Source of the DNA: Camelus dromedarius
Lineage: Eukaryota
Direction: 5' to 3'
DNA length: 64,000 nucleotides
Assembly: GCF_036321535.1 (NCBI RefSeq)
Contig: NC_087436.1
Span: 92,010,001 to 92,074,000, forward strand
The notes under the pieces are model-generated. The model was not told where the DNA came from, searched no databases, and saw only the letters and a list, made by a program, of their open reading frames with translations. Of this stretch, positions 51,629 to 64,000 are shown one piece after another. A program made the translations under genes and the position numbers. Position 1 is the stretch's first letter, and each line of letters opens with the position of its first letter.

Positions 51629-53689
51629 AACAAACAAACAAACAAACAAAACATAAATACAAAACAGAAACAGACTCATAGACATAGAATATAAATCTGT
51701 GGTTGCCAAGGGGGCGGGGGGTGGGAAGGGACAGACTGGGATTTTAAAATGCAGAATAGATAAACAAGATTATACTGTATAGCACAGGGAAATATAAACA
51801 AGATTTTGTGGTAGCTCATTGCAAAAAAAATGTGACAATGAATATATACATGTTTGCGTATGACTGAAAAATTGTGCTCTACACTTTCTAGTGTTGACAC
51901 AACATTGTAAAATAACTATAACTCAATGAAAAAATGTAAAAAAAATTGAAAATTTTTTAAAAAAGAAACTAAAGTTTGAAGAGGATAAAGAACGAGCCCC
52001 AGGCCTTTCAGTTAATCACTGCAAGGCCTGGAGAGATCTTGAGCTCAGGTCACGCTGCCTCAAAAATCTGCACCCTTTCCACTGGGCCAGCATGCTGCCT
52101 GCTCACTAATGTAACACCACCATATTAGTGGGAGATGGTACAGATGACACCTAGTCAGGGAAACAGGACAGCCTGTGGGTAGGGCTCTCTGTTGACCAGG
52201 GGTCCAAGAAGGTCAAGTGAATGAGCATTTTCACTGCAATGACTCCAAACAGAAAGAATGTGCCTGGGAAGCCACGGCACATCCCAGGTCTTTTTTCATC
52301 TCAGCACCATGCTTTATTCAGTTATTTCCATATGCCAAGAAAGGACCTAGTTCATTAACCCTCAACATATGAAACTAGCTCTAGTCTCAGTCAATACTTC
52401 CCACCTTAAAATTCTCAGCAGTGACCTGTGACGTGTAAACAAGCCACTTTATTTTACATGTAACAAGCTGCTCAAAGATAAGGCAGCCTACATTATCTTT
52501 CCTCATATATGTACTACCAATGAATAGACTCACACCTTTGGAGGAGGTCAGTCTTAAGCAAAAGATCACTCACATAAATGTAAACTTACTGGTCATAAAT
52601 TCTACAAAAGAGACATTGGTACAAGATGCTGTGGAGGCATACACTAAGGTGAATTTAACCTATTCAAGGTTATGGAAAATTCTCTCCATAAAGTAGTGAC
52701 TAAGTTGTTGTCTTTAGGAAGAATGGCAGTTAACTGAGTTCAGAGATAGGATGGGGGAAGGATATTAATTAAGACAATAAGGTTACCAAATAGTATATGT
52801 GCATGTCCCTTCAGGGGTCACCATTTTCCTTCATTCAAGATAAGAAAAGCTAAGTTCAGTGAAGCTCTCTATGAGATTCTGCATCATACTATGACTTGGT
52901 ACCCTGGGGGAAGTACAAGTAAGATTCCAGGCCAGAGCATAAAGCATTCTATTTTAACAACAAGCTGAAGAAAATAATAGATTAGTATAAGCCAGCTCGG
53001 ACTTTGTACACTCTCTTAGATCTCTGGAAAGAGTTGCTAGGTCAAGAGTTTCCAAGCACAATTATCAAGTAAATAAATAAATGAATAAATAAAACACAAG
53101 TATTTTCTCTCAAAAATTATTTACTACTTGCACTACAGATATTAGCTATTGACATGCTGATATCCAGGCTCTGGAATTTTGCAGGGAAACCAGTGTTTAA
53201 AAACAGAGGCCCATCTCTGAAGGGCCCAGAGGAACTAAAAAAAAAATGCCCTCATTAACCAAAATCAAACACAAAAGTATATATTCATTTTGTATATGAT
53301 GTGTGTACGTACATATATAGTATCTATAGTACTGTATTTTATTTTTATTTATATTTAATCACACACAACTTCATCTCACTAGGAAATCAACTTGCAATAA
53401 AAGATCTGTACTATGATATAATATAATAAAAAATGAATAGGAATTCACGACACAGGAAATGTCCTAAGTAAATCTCCAAATGATAGCTCTGCTTGAGCCT
53501 TGTCTGATTCTGAGCCAGCTCCTCCATTGAAACAAAGTTTTTCTTAGCACAGTAGTTTAAATAGTGCAATGCCTTACATAAGATTTTAGATGAACTGGCT
53601 GATATAATAAATAACCCTTGCTTTTTCCTTAACTATAAAAATACAGTCCCTAGGTAAATGCCATCACGGAAATGGATCTTGAACCAAGT

Positions 53690-54235
53690 GTAAGTTTTCA
53701 TCTCTCCTGCTGGCTCCAACCTGGCTTCCTTCCCTCTCACTTAATTGCCTCCCTGCATTTATTTCTCTCTATATATTTTTGTTATATCTTTGAGTGACTG
53801 GGATGAAATCTTTAAACTCTAGCAGGTCTACAAAGGTCTTCACTATCTTTTTGTACCAAACTTTCCAGGCCCCCCTGTAACACCATATGCTCCTGGTACT
53901 CTGAATTTCTTCCCTTCTCCTGGCCATGTCAGGTCCTTGAGATAATATGCCTTTACACGTGCTCCATCCTTTGCCCAAAGTTTCTTCTATCCTCCCCACA
54001 CTCTCCTGTAAAACTCCTATACATCCTTCCAAATCCAACTGAAATGTTACCTTCTCAATGAATTTCTTTGACTTTCCAAGACAAAAAATCAGTCCTTCCC
54101 TCCTTGGTGCTTTCAGACCACACATGCCCCACTGCACAGCCAGCGCAGTGATGACCACAGGGTCCACGGCTTCTTCAGGGACCCAGCACTCTGGGTGGTG
54201 CACTATATACACTCAACAGGTATTTGCTGTATTTA
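53690..54235 (+). mobile_element. L2 3' part
   Basis: aactcctatacatccttccaaatccaactgaaatgttaccttctc...acactcaacaggtatttgctg. Confidence 0.7.
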
Positions 54236-55428
54236 TGTCTTCAACTGTTTTGTAGTAAATGCAGTATTAAACTCCAAAGGGCGGTTTCTTATCATGACTG
54301 CTAATTTAAAAGGAAAATAAGCAAGGTGAAGAATCAAAATGCACCTTGGTGGATGGAGGTATAAACCTGCAAGGGACCAGGCTGCCGTGACTGGATGACA
54401 GAATGCCAGACCCCTGGAGGAGGGAGAGGGATGAAGACTGTGCCGACGACTTCCTCTCACCATCGCTCCTCTCAGCTGGGCCCTTGGTAGGACGTGAAGA
54501 ACTAACCACTGGAGGGTGAACTCTGAGGAAGACCAGGAGACTAGGATTGTCCAGTGCTGGCTGCTAAAGGACCCGTCTGCCGTGTAATCAGGAGAGCAGA
54601 TGGCAGAGCTGGCATTTAGGGAGCCCAACCAGCACCTGGCAGGATGCCTGCCAAAGGAAGTGCTCGATCAGTGCGTGTTGCTGTGGCTGCCGTGTCCCCC
54701 AGAAGGGAAGGGTGCCTCAGCCCTGGAGATGGGCCACCTGAGTCCTGCTGACAAAGTCAGGACTGCCTTCAGGAGTCAGCTCTGGCCCTTCTCCAGCACT
54801 TGAACAAATTCCACCGAGTCCCCGGAATTCTCCACCAAACACTTAGGCCTGGAAGATGTTCAAAGCAGCTGTAGCAATATCCCACCAGTGTCTCAAGAAA
54901 CACAGTCAAGTCTCCCGTGGATAATCTCATTCTACAGAGCACAGTCTTCCTGTGTCCCTGGCAGGAAGAATTAAATGCAAAATAACTAACCTATTTGACT
55001 TGCTTTGTGCAATTACAGAATGCGGACTCTTGGTGTCAGAAAATGCCTGCCTAAGACGGTGCTTTTAGTTTTATGTAATTGGTTTTTTCAGTGTAGTTAC
55101 AAAGAACAACTTCCCATGGAGGCCAATCTTGAATTTTTTTTTAAATAATAAAGCCACATAATCAAAATAGATGATCATGGGACTATATATATATTACTGT
55201 CTTCTCTGTGGCAGAAGGCCATCTCTCCTGTTCCTTTAAAATTAATATCAAATCATACAAAAGTGGTATCAAGTCACCAGGTTAAAAAAAAAATAGTATT
55301 GAGGGTTGAGCCAGAATAAGCCAGAAGACTGTGTTATTTAATAGATTTAGGATTATTGTCTACTGTGTCACAACATTTTCTTTGCATAAATTGAATTTTA
55401 GAATGCAATGGTTAAGCTCACCAAAGGG

Positions 55429-55864
55429 TTTTTTTTAATAAAAATATAATTGACATATAACACTTTACTAGTTTCAGGTGTACAACATTATGATTTGACA
55501 TTTGTATATATTGTGAACTGACCAGCATAGTATTTCTAGTTAACGTCCATCACTTCACGTAGTTACAATTTTTTTCTTGTGATGAGAACTTTTAAGATCT
55601 ATTCTGTTAGCTACTTTCAAATATGCAGTACAGCACTATCAACTATAGTCACCATGCCGTACATTATATTCTGTGACCCACTTATTTTATAACTGGAAAT
55701 TTATACCTTTTGACCCCTTTCACCCATTTTGCTCCCCACACCCCACCTCTGGCAATCATCAATCTGTTCTCTGTATCTTTTGAGTTTGGGGGTGTGGTTT
55801 TTTTAGTTTCATTTTGGGAGCTTCTTTTTAGATTACACATAAAAGTGAGATCATACTGTATTTG
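55429..55864 (-). mobile_element. L1MA9-like 3' end
   Basis: gtttcaggtgtacaacattatgatttgacatttg; gtgatgagaacttttaagatct; gtgagatcatactgtatttg. Confidence 0.88.
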
Positions 55865-55919
55865 AGCGGAAGGAAATCACATGGATAACAAGATATGTTG
55901 GGAAGGCTGTAACATTGGG

Positions 55920-56125
55920 GTTAAAATTCTGGGATCAGCCACACATTAAATCCTGTCTCTGATACTTATTTGGTGTGTGAGCTTGGGCAGTTAACCCCCC
56001 AAAACCTCAGCTTTCTCAGCTATAAAATGAAAAGGAAGATATGTCTATCATGTAAGGTTGTAAGAAATAAATGAGATAATGCCTGTTACGTGTTTAGCAT
56101 TGTGCCAGGCAAACACAGAGCCCTG
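55920..56125 (+). mobile_element. MIR SINE
   Basis: gtgtgagcttgggcagttaacc...cctcagctttctcagctataaaatg...aaatgagataatgc. Confidence 0.8.
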
Positions 56126-56754
56126 AAAACGAGAATATTTGTTTATTCTTGTTGTTTTTCAGCAGATTAGTGGAAGTAATAGATTTTCCACTTAGCTTAA
56201 TTCCAAAGACCTGTTGGAAAGACTCATTGTCAATTGCTTTCTTTTTTTAAATCAGCTGCAGTGACCTTTTCTTGGTGGGACTACCCTCCTTCTACTAATA
56301 GTGTGGAGAGAATACTGATGACCTCTGCTCCGCCGTCACTATCTGTGCTCCATTCTCATTAGTTAGAAAATCCTCTGAGATTTCTTTGGGCAGAGCACAC
56401 AGTGAAAGCCTGTTTTGCTCAGCCTCTGTGTGCTTAGATGCAGCCACGTGATGCAGTCCTTGCCAAGGAGACTTGGGCAGAAGTAATGCATCCAGGTTCC
56501 AAGCCACACTCTTAAAAGCAGGCAGATTGTCCTATTCTCACTCTTTTTACCTTTCAATAAGCCGGAAAAGAATGTGATGGAGTTGGGCTTTTTTCAACCT
56601 TGACGTTAGGACTCAGCCTGAAGGGAGGTGCAATGCGTTAGAAGAATCACTCATGAAGAAGAGACAATCTGTGCTCCTGCACCACCACCAACTCAGACTT
56701 ACCTGAGAGACAGATATCCACCTTGTTTGAACCAATAACCTATGCATGACTCAT

Positions 56755-56930
56755 ATAGATGATAAATACATAGATCCATAGACTGATACAGATGTATAGA
56801 TACTATGTATAGATAGATATATGTATGTATAGACGTGTAGGTGCACATATATATATATATATATATGTAAGTGCACATATATAGAGAGAGAGGTTCATGT
56901 AGAGATGAGATAGAGACGGACAGAGAGAAG
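56755..56930. repeat. Degenerate (TAGA)n/(TA)n/(GA)n simple repeat
   Basis: Directly visible in the sequence. Confidence 0.8.
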
Positions 56931-57489
56931 GCTAGGAGGAGGATGACATTAGAGAGAGGGAGTTGAAGGTCAGCACAAACTCTTGGGTACTGCCAAAATT
57001 TCAGGTTTTGGGGGGTTTTTTGTTTTTTGGTTTTTTAAGCTACAAGATTTAGGAAAAGTAAAACAGGGTGGTGCAACAGCCTGGTCCAGAGAGATTTCTT
57101 TAGATTGATAGATTCTGTTCCTCCATCTCTCTAGGGACTCCCCTTGCCAGAACTATCTCTTATTTGGAAAAGTAAATCAAGGAAGCAACTGAGGACGCAG
57201 GTTCAGGAAGGATGAATAAACTCAGGTCTCCAAATGTGGACTGAGATCAAGGCTTGGTACTCCTTTGCCATCTCCTTTCGTCCTGGCATCTGCGGCCTCC
57301 AAAGAAAGCGAGCCTGGGATTTTCTCAAAGTACACAGCTTCCACAATTCCTCTCTTGAGGAATTTGGCTGTTTCAGTGGGTAAGACAATGCCAGGAGGAC
57401 AGCTCTTAAGGGGTGCAGGAGGGAGGAGTTTGAGCAATGACACAGTAGCAGACCCAAGGAGAAGACCGTGTGCTCTACAAGCCTCACTC

Positions 57490-57670
57490 ATTTAATCTTC
57501 ACTGTTTCCATGTAAGCTGTCTTTTAAAAGCCTTAGTTTTAAGAAATGGGAAAACTGAGACTCAAATAAATCATAAAAGCAAGTGTCCTTGTTCAGGATC
57601 ATCACACAGCTGACTACTGTCAAGGTCAAGATTCCAATGTAGGTATACCTGTCTCCAAAGTCTGCATTGC
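57490..57670 (-). mobile_element. MIR SINE
   Basis: catttaatcttcac...atgggaaaactgagactca...cacacagctgact. Confidence 0.65.
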
Positions 57671-57712
57671 TTCATTGAACTTCACTTTTTTCATTTATAA
57701 ATAAACAAACAA

Positions 57713-57733
57713 ATACATACATACATACATACA

Positions 57734-57760
<27 letters not shown>
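57713..57760. repeat. (ATAC)12 microsatellite
   Basis: Perfect tetranucleotide run. Confidence 0.95.
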
Positions 57761-57767
<7 letters not shown>

Positions 57768-58729
57768 CATAAATGCGCACATACATATATAGATGTGTTT
57801 TCAAAATACTATCTACCTTTAAGGGATACTGTAAGAATAAAGCATGATATAAACACATGTTGAGCCACAGTTTAATATAGAACATAGTAAGCATTTATTA
57901 ATAATCTGTTACTACTATTACTTTTATTATTATACTAAAACACCATGATAGTAATATATTATGAATGTCTGATGCTAAGTGATGGTAGACAATAAAAAAC
58001 AAAGATTTTTGACCTGTCATTCCCTATGCCTCATAGTCAGCAGTTCATTTATGCCGTCAGTGTAGGTGAACTTATGCTGTAAAGTTCTGAGCTGTGTATC
58101 TCTATTCTCCTTCCTGTGAAGCACAGAAGCAAATAGATGGAAATAAAGGTCCTTTGTTAAAGGACACAGGGAGGTCTGTTTCAGGACCTCCAGAGAGTAA
58201 ATATATGGCCCCCTTATTTAAAGGATGGGCTACTCCATGAAATAACCATCTACCTTCCAACCTTTTAATAAGGCATAGCACATTCACAGGTAAAAGATAA
58301 TATACTAAGTACTAGAAAGATGTAATAAACTAAGAGAAATAAAAGCATACCCAATGCAGAAAAAAAGTAAAATGTAAAAGCAGATTCTGAAATAAAAAGA
58401 AGTTTAATATATAATCAGTGAAAACTAAATAAAACTAAGCAAATAAAAACTCGGGAAAAATACTAGTGAAATAAAATATTATAACCAAAGCCACAGCAGA
58501 CTAAGAAAATGAAGATAAAGAGAGCTCCAGAAACATTTTAGAAATAAAACCAAAAATATTTGAAAATATAAAATTAACCAGTTAAAACATTATGAGGTAT
58601 AAAAATAAAAGCCAAGGAATTTTATTATAATGTATAAATGAGATTGCCTCTAAGACCCAAAGCATAAACCCTCATATGGAAACTATCCAGGCTTTTAAAG
58701 CCAAAGTACTTATTACCAAACTATAAATG

Positions 58730-59593
58730 ACACCACCAAGTCGCCAGTTACTCAGATCAACATTTTAGTTGTTGACCTTGACTCCTCACTGTGCATCACC
58801 CCACATCCAATCAATCAGTAAGTCCTGTTGATTCACTGGCAATATTTATTTTGAATCCATCCACTTGGCATCACTTCTATTGCTAGCATCCTGCTCCAAG
58901 GGTCCGCTATTTCCCTGGTTTTATTCTTGTTCATTGCCAGTCTCTACTCTATGCAGAGACCAGAATAATCTTTTACAAAGTCAAAATGGTCACTTTGTTT
59001 GCCATTCCCCTGATGAAAAACATTGACCACTTTTACTTTCCATTTATGCCAGATGCCAGACCTCTTCCCACAACCTACAGGATCCTGAGCATCTATAGGA
59101 TCTATGGCTGCATCTAACTTTCTAACCTACTTCACAGCCTCACTTCTGTCTCAAGCTCATGAACTTCCCATTGGGCTTTCTTTCCATTTTCTTTTAGCTC
59201 CTCAAATACGCCAGCTCTTTCCTGCCTTAGAGCATCAGCACATGCTTGAATGTACAAAGTCTCCCAAATCAGAATGCACAACTCCTAGGGTCTCTTTACT
59301 GTGGCCTCCCTGTGATGTTCCAAGTCTTAGCATCAAGTTTCAGATCCTTAAACAGATCTCTGAAAACTCAAATTAATTAACCTCTTTTCCTACTCTCAAT
59401 CTCAGATCCTCTTAACTTCACAGCAATTTTCAGTCTGTAATACAGTACATATTTACTTACCTGTTCATCTCCCCTGGGGGAATGGAAGCCCCATGACAGT
59501 AGGGACTAAAACTCTTTAATCCAACACTGTGTATAATTGGTACCTAGCATGGAGCCAGGATCATCAGTTTCTCATAAATATTTTTCGAATGAA
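58730..59593 (+). mobile_element. L2 3' part
   Basis: ccttgactcctcac...ccccacatccaatcaatcagtaagtcctgttgattc; ends ctcataaatatttttcgaatgaa. Confidence 0.75.
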
Positions 59594-62545
59594 AGACCAG
59601 GCTATAGGCTTCCTTTTCAAAGATTTGGCCTCCCTAAAGGACAAAATCCCTCAAGATCAGAACCAAGGAACAGAAATCAAGATGACTGGTCCTCACATCC
59701 TTCACCCATGTCAGGCATCTCACCCCTCTGTGTACTGCCTCCCTCAGATATGAGTGTTAGGATAACTCAGTACAGCAAGAGGAAATTCTGTGGCCTGGCT
59801 CCTTGATGCCTATAATTTGCAATCTGGCCACAGTCTCTCTTCCCACAGCAGCTCTTTGTTCTTGAATGACATAAGGTCAAACATTCAGCATTGCCATCAG
59901 TGCCACTTACTATGGTTCAGCATAATAAATAACACATTGGTCCACAAAAAAAGGGAGCAAAGAATTAAAGCTAAAGAATGTGCTACAAATAATAAAATGC
60001 ACCCAACCATTCTCTCAAAGTGTACTGCAACAAACAGGTATGTATTTTAAAGATTTTAATGAAATTGAGGTTAAATTTTAAAATGTAGGTGAATTAAAGA
60101 CAACACTTCAGAAACTAAACTCTCATTTAATGCAGGTCTTGTTTATATCAGACCGTAAGTATCAGTACCTCCTTTTTCTGTGAGACCAAATTAAACTATC
60201 AGCTCTTTGCTCCTGGTATTTGCAAGCAGGATAAAAGAGAAAAGGAAGCAGCGAAAAGCATAGCATTGGTTCCTGTAGCCCAGCATTCAGGGACAAAACC
60301 AGCTCAAATAAAAGAAGGATGTCCAGTGCAAACAATTACAAGCAGGCCAATTGGAAGCTTTCAGTGAGGTACACAAACTGCCAAGAACCTACTTTAGAAG
60401 AGCACAAATAAATAGGTTTCTCCTCCAGAAATACTCCACGTCAATCCAGACACCTTTCCTCGCTGTGAAGAATAAATAACTGTCCCTGATTCCTGACTTC
60501 AGTGTTTTGAATTGGATATTTTCCAGCGGTGTAGAACTCAATTAAGAGAGCAATTGGACCCTTTGCAAAGTCTAGCATCAAGCCCCATGCCAAACTATCG
60601 TCCACTGCGTCGTGATGGGCTTAGCCCGTGCTCAAGGTGAATTCAAAAACTGAATATGTAAACAAGACAACTGAATTTGGGACAAGCAAAAGAAACAAAG
60701 TGAAGAGTCACTGAAAACATAGTTAACTGATGACCAAGGAAGGAAAATTTGATGGTAGTACAAAGGCACCCAATAATCTCTGAGAAAGATGCAAGTGTTG
60801 AATTGAAGAAGAAAGAAACGCCTACAGCTATGCACATTGGCCTTAGTATATGGCTAAAAAAATTATAATTGATAATATAATCCTTGCCACTTCCCCCAAT
60901 ACATTCTGGTAATAACACAATCAGCACAGGTGTATATGTCACAACAGGTAACAAAAGGCACAGCAAGTAGAAGTTAAACTCCAGCAACCATCTGATAGCA
61001 AATCATTTTAGAAATTAAGCGTGCTTCTTGTTTACTAACTGGTGCCTACAAACTCTTAAGCCAGCCGTACACTTTGGACTGGTTTAATAGTTTGTCTACT
61101 TCTTAGGAATTGTTAGTAAATTAAAGCTGTTTGTTTAATTCAGTGTATGATGAATTTTATACCAGTTTTTAAAAAATGTCTGATAGTTGCTCTAAGTTAA
61201 GATACCTTTTAAAGGTTTAAGCTGTTCGGGGGAAAAGTCCTGACTTGGGGGTATCTTGAGGGAAAAGGTGGGCCTGAGGATGGGAGAGGGGCAGAAGCCC
61301 AGAGGGAGCAAAGGAGAATGGCCTCACTGCTCTGAAGCAAACAAGGACTGTTTTTGCTTTCAGAGAAAGGGGAGGGGACAGAGAGACAGCGGGCAGAGGA
61401 GAAGGTGTGCAGTGATAAGTCAGGGTGATCTAAGGTCATGTGCTGAAGAAACCTGAAGGGGTCATGCAGCCAAAAGAACTTAGAAGAAATTCCTGCTTAA
61501 TTGGAAGCTACTCAGTCAAAGCAAGGTTGTTCAGTGTAAAGCAGGTTCCTCCTCTCTGCTCACCCAATCCTCTGAGTACATTTTGCTCCCCCTGTGCTTT
61601 GTAGGTCTCACTTATAGAGAAACTGGAAAAGGCCTCAATTTCACACCAAGGCTGACTGGTGCAGGAAAGAAACTGCATAAAGAAGTACATCTGAGGCCGA
61701 AGTGATCATAAGAATGCAAGCCTCTCCACCCCCATCCCCTATTCCCCCTCAAGCTTTCACGAAAATCTTGGTGAGGATTTTGCACATGCACCAAAAATGC
61801 AGTCTTCTGGCTCGGTTTTATGTTGTCCATATCCTATGTGGTTAGGGGCCCCAGGTGTCCTTTAAGACTGTGCTTCTGTTAAGCCTTACTTTTGTTGTTC
61901 CTAAGTTGTCTGTTGATTTTTAAATACTCTTGACATCCCAGAAAGACCTAATGTAGGTACCAGATAATGAAGTCAACAACACATGTTATATTTCATTGCT
62001 GGGAAAGCCAAATCTACTAATTTGCTAATCGTTTTTTAAGCCAATTCTCAAAATGTATTTGTGACATACAAAATTGAACCAATGACTATAGTCAAGAATG
62101 ACTTTTTTAAAAAGGTGAAAAAGATTTCTTCCGTTTAAATTTACATTTTCAGAGGTGATTATTCTTTGGAACAAGACCCTCTGCTTTATGTAAAAAATCA
62201 GGACGCACGTGTAATGTTTAAAACAAATGACTCCCTGTTGGGAAATGAGATAAACGTGGGGTTCAAGTTTGCCTGTCCTAATGCAGACACTGCTGTGTTT
62301 CTTTATTTCTTTTTAAGAGTATGAACAGATTCTTTTTTCCTTATAAAGCTTGACTACTTTGATGACTTTTTATTTAGTCATATACATTCTTGTAATTTGT
62401 CATTAACTTGTAGTTCTGTGGTATTGTCTTCAGAACTTGTGATTTTCATGCTTTCCATTCTTTGTGATGTGTTGAAGTTGCCTTTGTGCTCTACTTAGCT
62501 ACATGTACATGGAGCATATTGATTATATAAATAAAAACATGGAGA

Positions 62546-63024
62546 TGTTACTGGAGATTACAATCTTGTCTCACACAGGAAAGAATTCAACAGTGAGCCA
62601 TTCTAAAGTGAAAGTAGATTTATTCAGGGAGATTACACACTCCACAGACAGAGTGTGGGCCATCTCAGAAGGCAAGAAAGGCAGCCTGAGGTGTGGGGGT
62701 GGATAGTTTTTATAGGCTGGGTAATTTCATATGCTAATGAGTGGGAAGATTATTCCAACTGTTTTGGGAAGGGATGGGGATTTCCACGAATTGGACCCCA
62801 CACAATGTTTTTTATGGTCAGCCTGGGAGCTGTCTTGGCACCGGTGGGTGTGTCATTTAGCATGCTAATGTATTACAATGAGCCTATAATGAGGCTTAAG
62901 ATCCACTGGAAGTAGAATCTTCTGCCATTTTGGGCCGAGTTGGTTCCAACCAGTTTATGTCATATACTCAATGTCTGTGTCATTCTTTTAATGATTGTGC
63001 TCTGCCCATTCCCCTCCTGTTCCA
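62546..63024 (-). mobile_element. ERV1 solo LTR (MER31/MER67-like)
   Basis: TG...CA termini, 4-bp TSD gaga/gagc; minus-strand CCTATAAAAA (62707-62716) and AATAAA (62619-62624); tagcatgctaatgtattacaatgagcctataatgag motif. Confidence 0.82.
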
Positions 63025-63199
63025 GAGCTTTCTATTTATGGGGCAGAAGTTTCAGCATATATTCCTGTCAGGTTTATTTCTATATTAAGAAAAGAAAGGA
63101 ATATGCCAATCAATAAAAGTGTGAAGAGAAAGGAAGGGGAGGAATTTGGTAATTTTTTAGACATAGCAAGTGATAGGAAGCACAGTCAAGCCTGGGAGC

Positions 63200-63413
63200 T
63201 GTGTGTACAGGCTCTGGATTCAGAAAGCCCTGCTCTAGGCCTTGCTCCTCTACTTCCGCTGTGGGACTTCGGGTAGGTTTCTTAATCTCTCACAATCTCA
63301 GTCCTTTTATTTTTAAAAGAGGGGCAATAATAGCATCTACCAAAATGCTGGGAGGATTTAGTGAGATCCTGCACATAAAGCATTTACCACTGTGCTTGTC
63401 ACAAAGCACTCAA
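63200..63413 (+). mobile_element. MIR SINE
   Basis: caggctctggattcagaaagcc...tcttaatctctcacaatctcagtcc...taaagcatttaccactgtgcttg. Confidence 0.8.
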
Positions 63414-63454
63414 ATGGAAGATTTTTTAAGAAGTACTAAGTTCTCCCCTATTTT

Positions 63455-63946
63455 AAAACGTAGGTTTTATATTCAGGTATGGTGAGGCCAACAGGAGAGG
63501 ACTGCCATTGAAAAATAGTTGTTAATCTGTTACATTCACAGTTCCCATGGCATGACAGGCCATGCACAGGCCAAACAGGGAACACCAGCTTTGTCCAAAG
63601 AACGTGGGCAAGAGCCTTTCTTGTGGTTTCCACAGGAAAGGCAAGGTGGGATGAGCAGGGTTAGAACTGGCTAATTTGAATAATTTGAGGGAGTTCTGGG
63701 GTAAAGAAGCTGTCTCTAGTGGCCTGGTACCTAGCCCTGGGATGACTGGGGCAGTGGGATAGTGTCCCTGAGTGTGCTAGAGAAGATGGCTGAGGGTGTG
63801 GCCTCTGGACTGGTTAGTCTGCATATCAAAGGCTCACTCCCGGGCAAATTGTTTTCTATCTCTTGGAATCAGCCGTCCCTGGGAAGTCCCTCCAGTGTCA
63901 GCAAGGTCCCAGATGTCAAAGCATCAGAAAATACAGAAAAGTATAA
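63455..63946 (-). mobile_element. MER76-like ERVL LTR
   Basis: caggtatggtgaggccaaca...actgccattgaaaa...gtcagcaaggtcccagatgtcaaagcatcag, colinear with MER76 as I recall it. Confidence 0.8.
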
Positions 63947-64000
63947 GTGAACCACTATTCTGTACACCAGAAATTAACACAACATTGTAAACTGACTATC
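63947..64000 (+). mobile_element. Young L1 extreme 3' end, cut by the window edge
   Basis: ctgtacaccagaaattaacacaacattgtaaactgacta matches the other L1 tails in the window. Confidence 0.8.

Larger units (their letters stand above)
48878..51962 (+). mobile_element. Camelid L1 with complete 5'UTR and ORF1, ORF2 almost wholly deleted, 3'UTR and A tail
   Basis: Perfect 16-bp TSD aagaaactaaagtttg (48862-48877 and 51963-51978), YY1-type caagatgg at the start, junction at about 51257. Confidence 0.95.
48780..52085 (-). mobile_element. MIR SINE split by the L1 insertion (about 48780-48877 and 51963-52085)
   Basis: Rejoined flanks read aatgaagaaactaaagtttgaagaggataaagaacgagccccagg, i.e. the MIR core. 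Confidence 0.6.

Noticed and set aside
53769..54628. ORFs of 147 and 131 aa on the gene strand in intron 2
   Set aside because: The first is antisense L2 sequence; neither resembles GRXCR1 exon 2 or a protein I recognise.
46017..64000. Search for GRXCR1 exon 2 (glutaredoxin domain)
   Set aside because: Not found by eye; it most likely lies beyond the window, so its absence is not evidence of gene loss.

Overview
Mammalian genomic DNA, most likely camelid. The taxon call rests on three tRNA-derived SINEs of the Vic-1 type and young camelid-type L1 3' ends, recognised from memory and not by database search. The only protein-coding gene I can support is the 3' part of GRXCR1 (hair-cell stereocilia gene, human DFNB25) on the minus strand. 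Its 66-bp penultimate exon is at 45951-46016 ([22 protein letters not shown]) and its last coding exon is at 35019-35198 ([11 protein letters not shown]...CKSCAG*, four CxxC motifs), followed by a short 3'UTR with AATAAA at 34918-34923. Neither exon is in the supplied ORF track. The upstream exons were not found and should lie beyond 64000. Positions 1 to about 34900 are downstream intergenic DNA. The rest is mostly transposon fossils: L1s of several ages, L2, MIR, a near-full Tigger1, MER3, MER20, MER53 and ERV1/ERVL/MaLR solo LTRs. The most notable structure is a 3.1-kb TSD-flanked L1 in the upstream intron. It keeps its CpG-rich promoter and ORF1 but lacks almost all of ORF2, and its antisense 5'UTR ORF has a phase-0 donor in frame with the next GRXCR1 exon. 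I found no solid evidence for a wholly new biological system; the findings are testable hypotheses.
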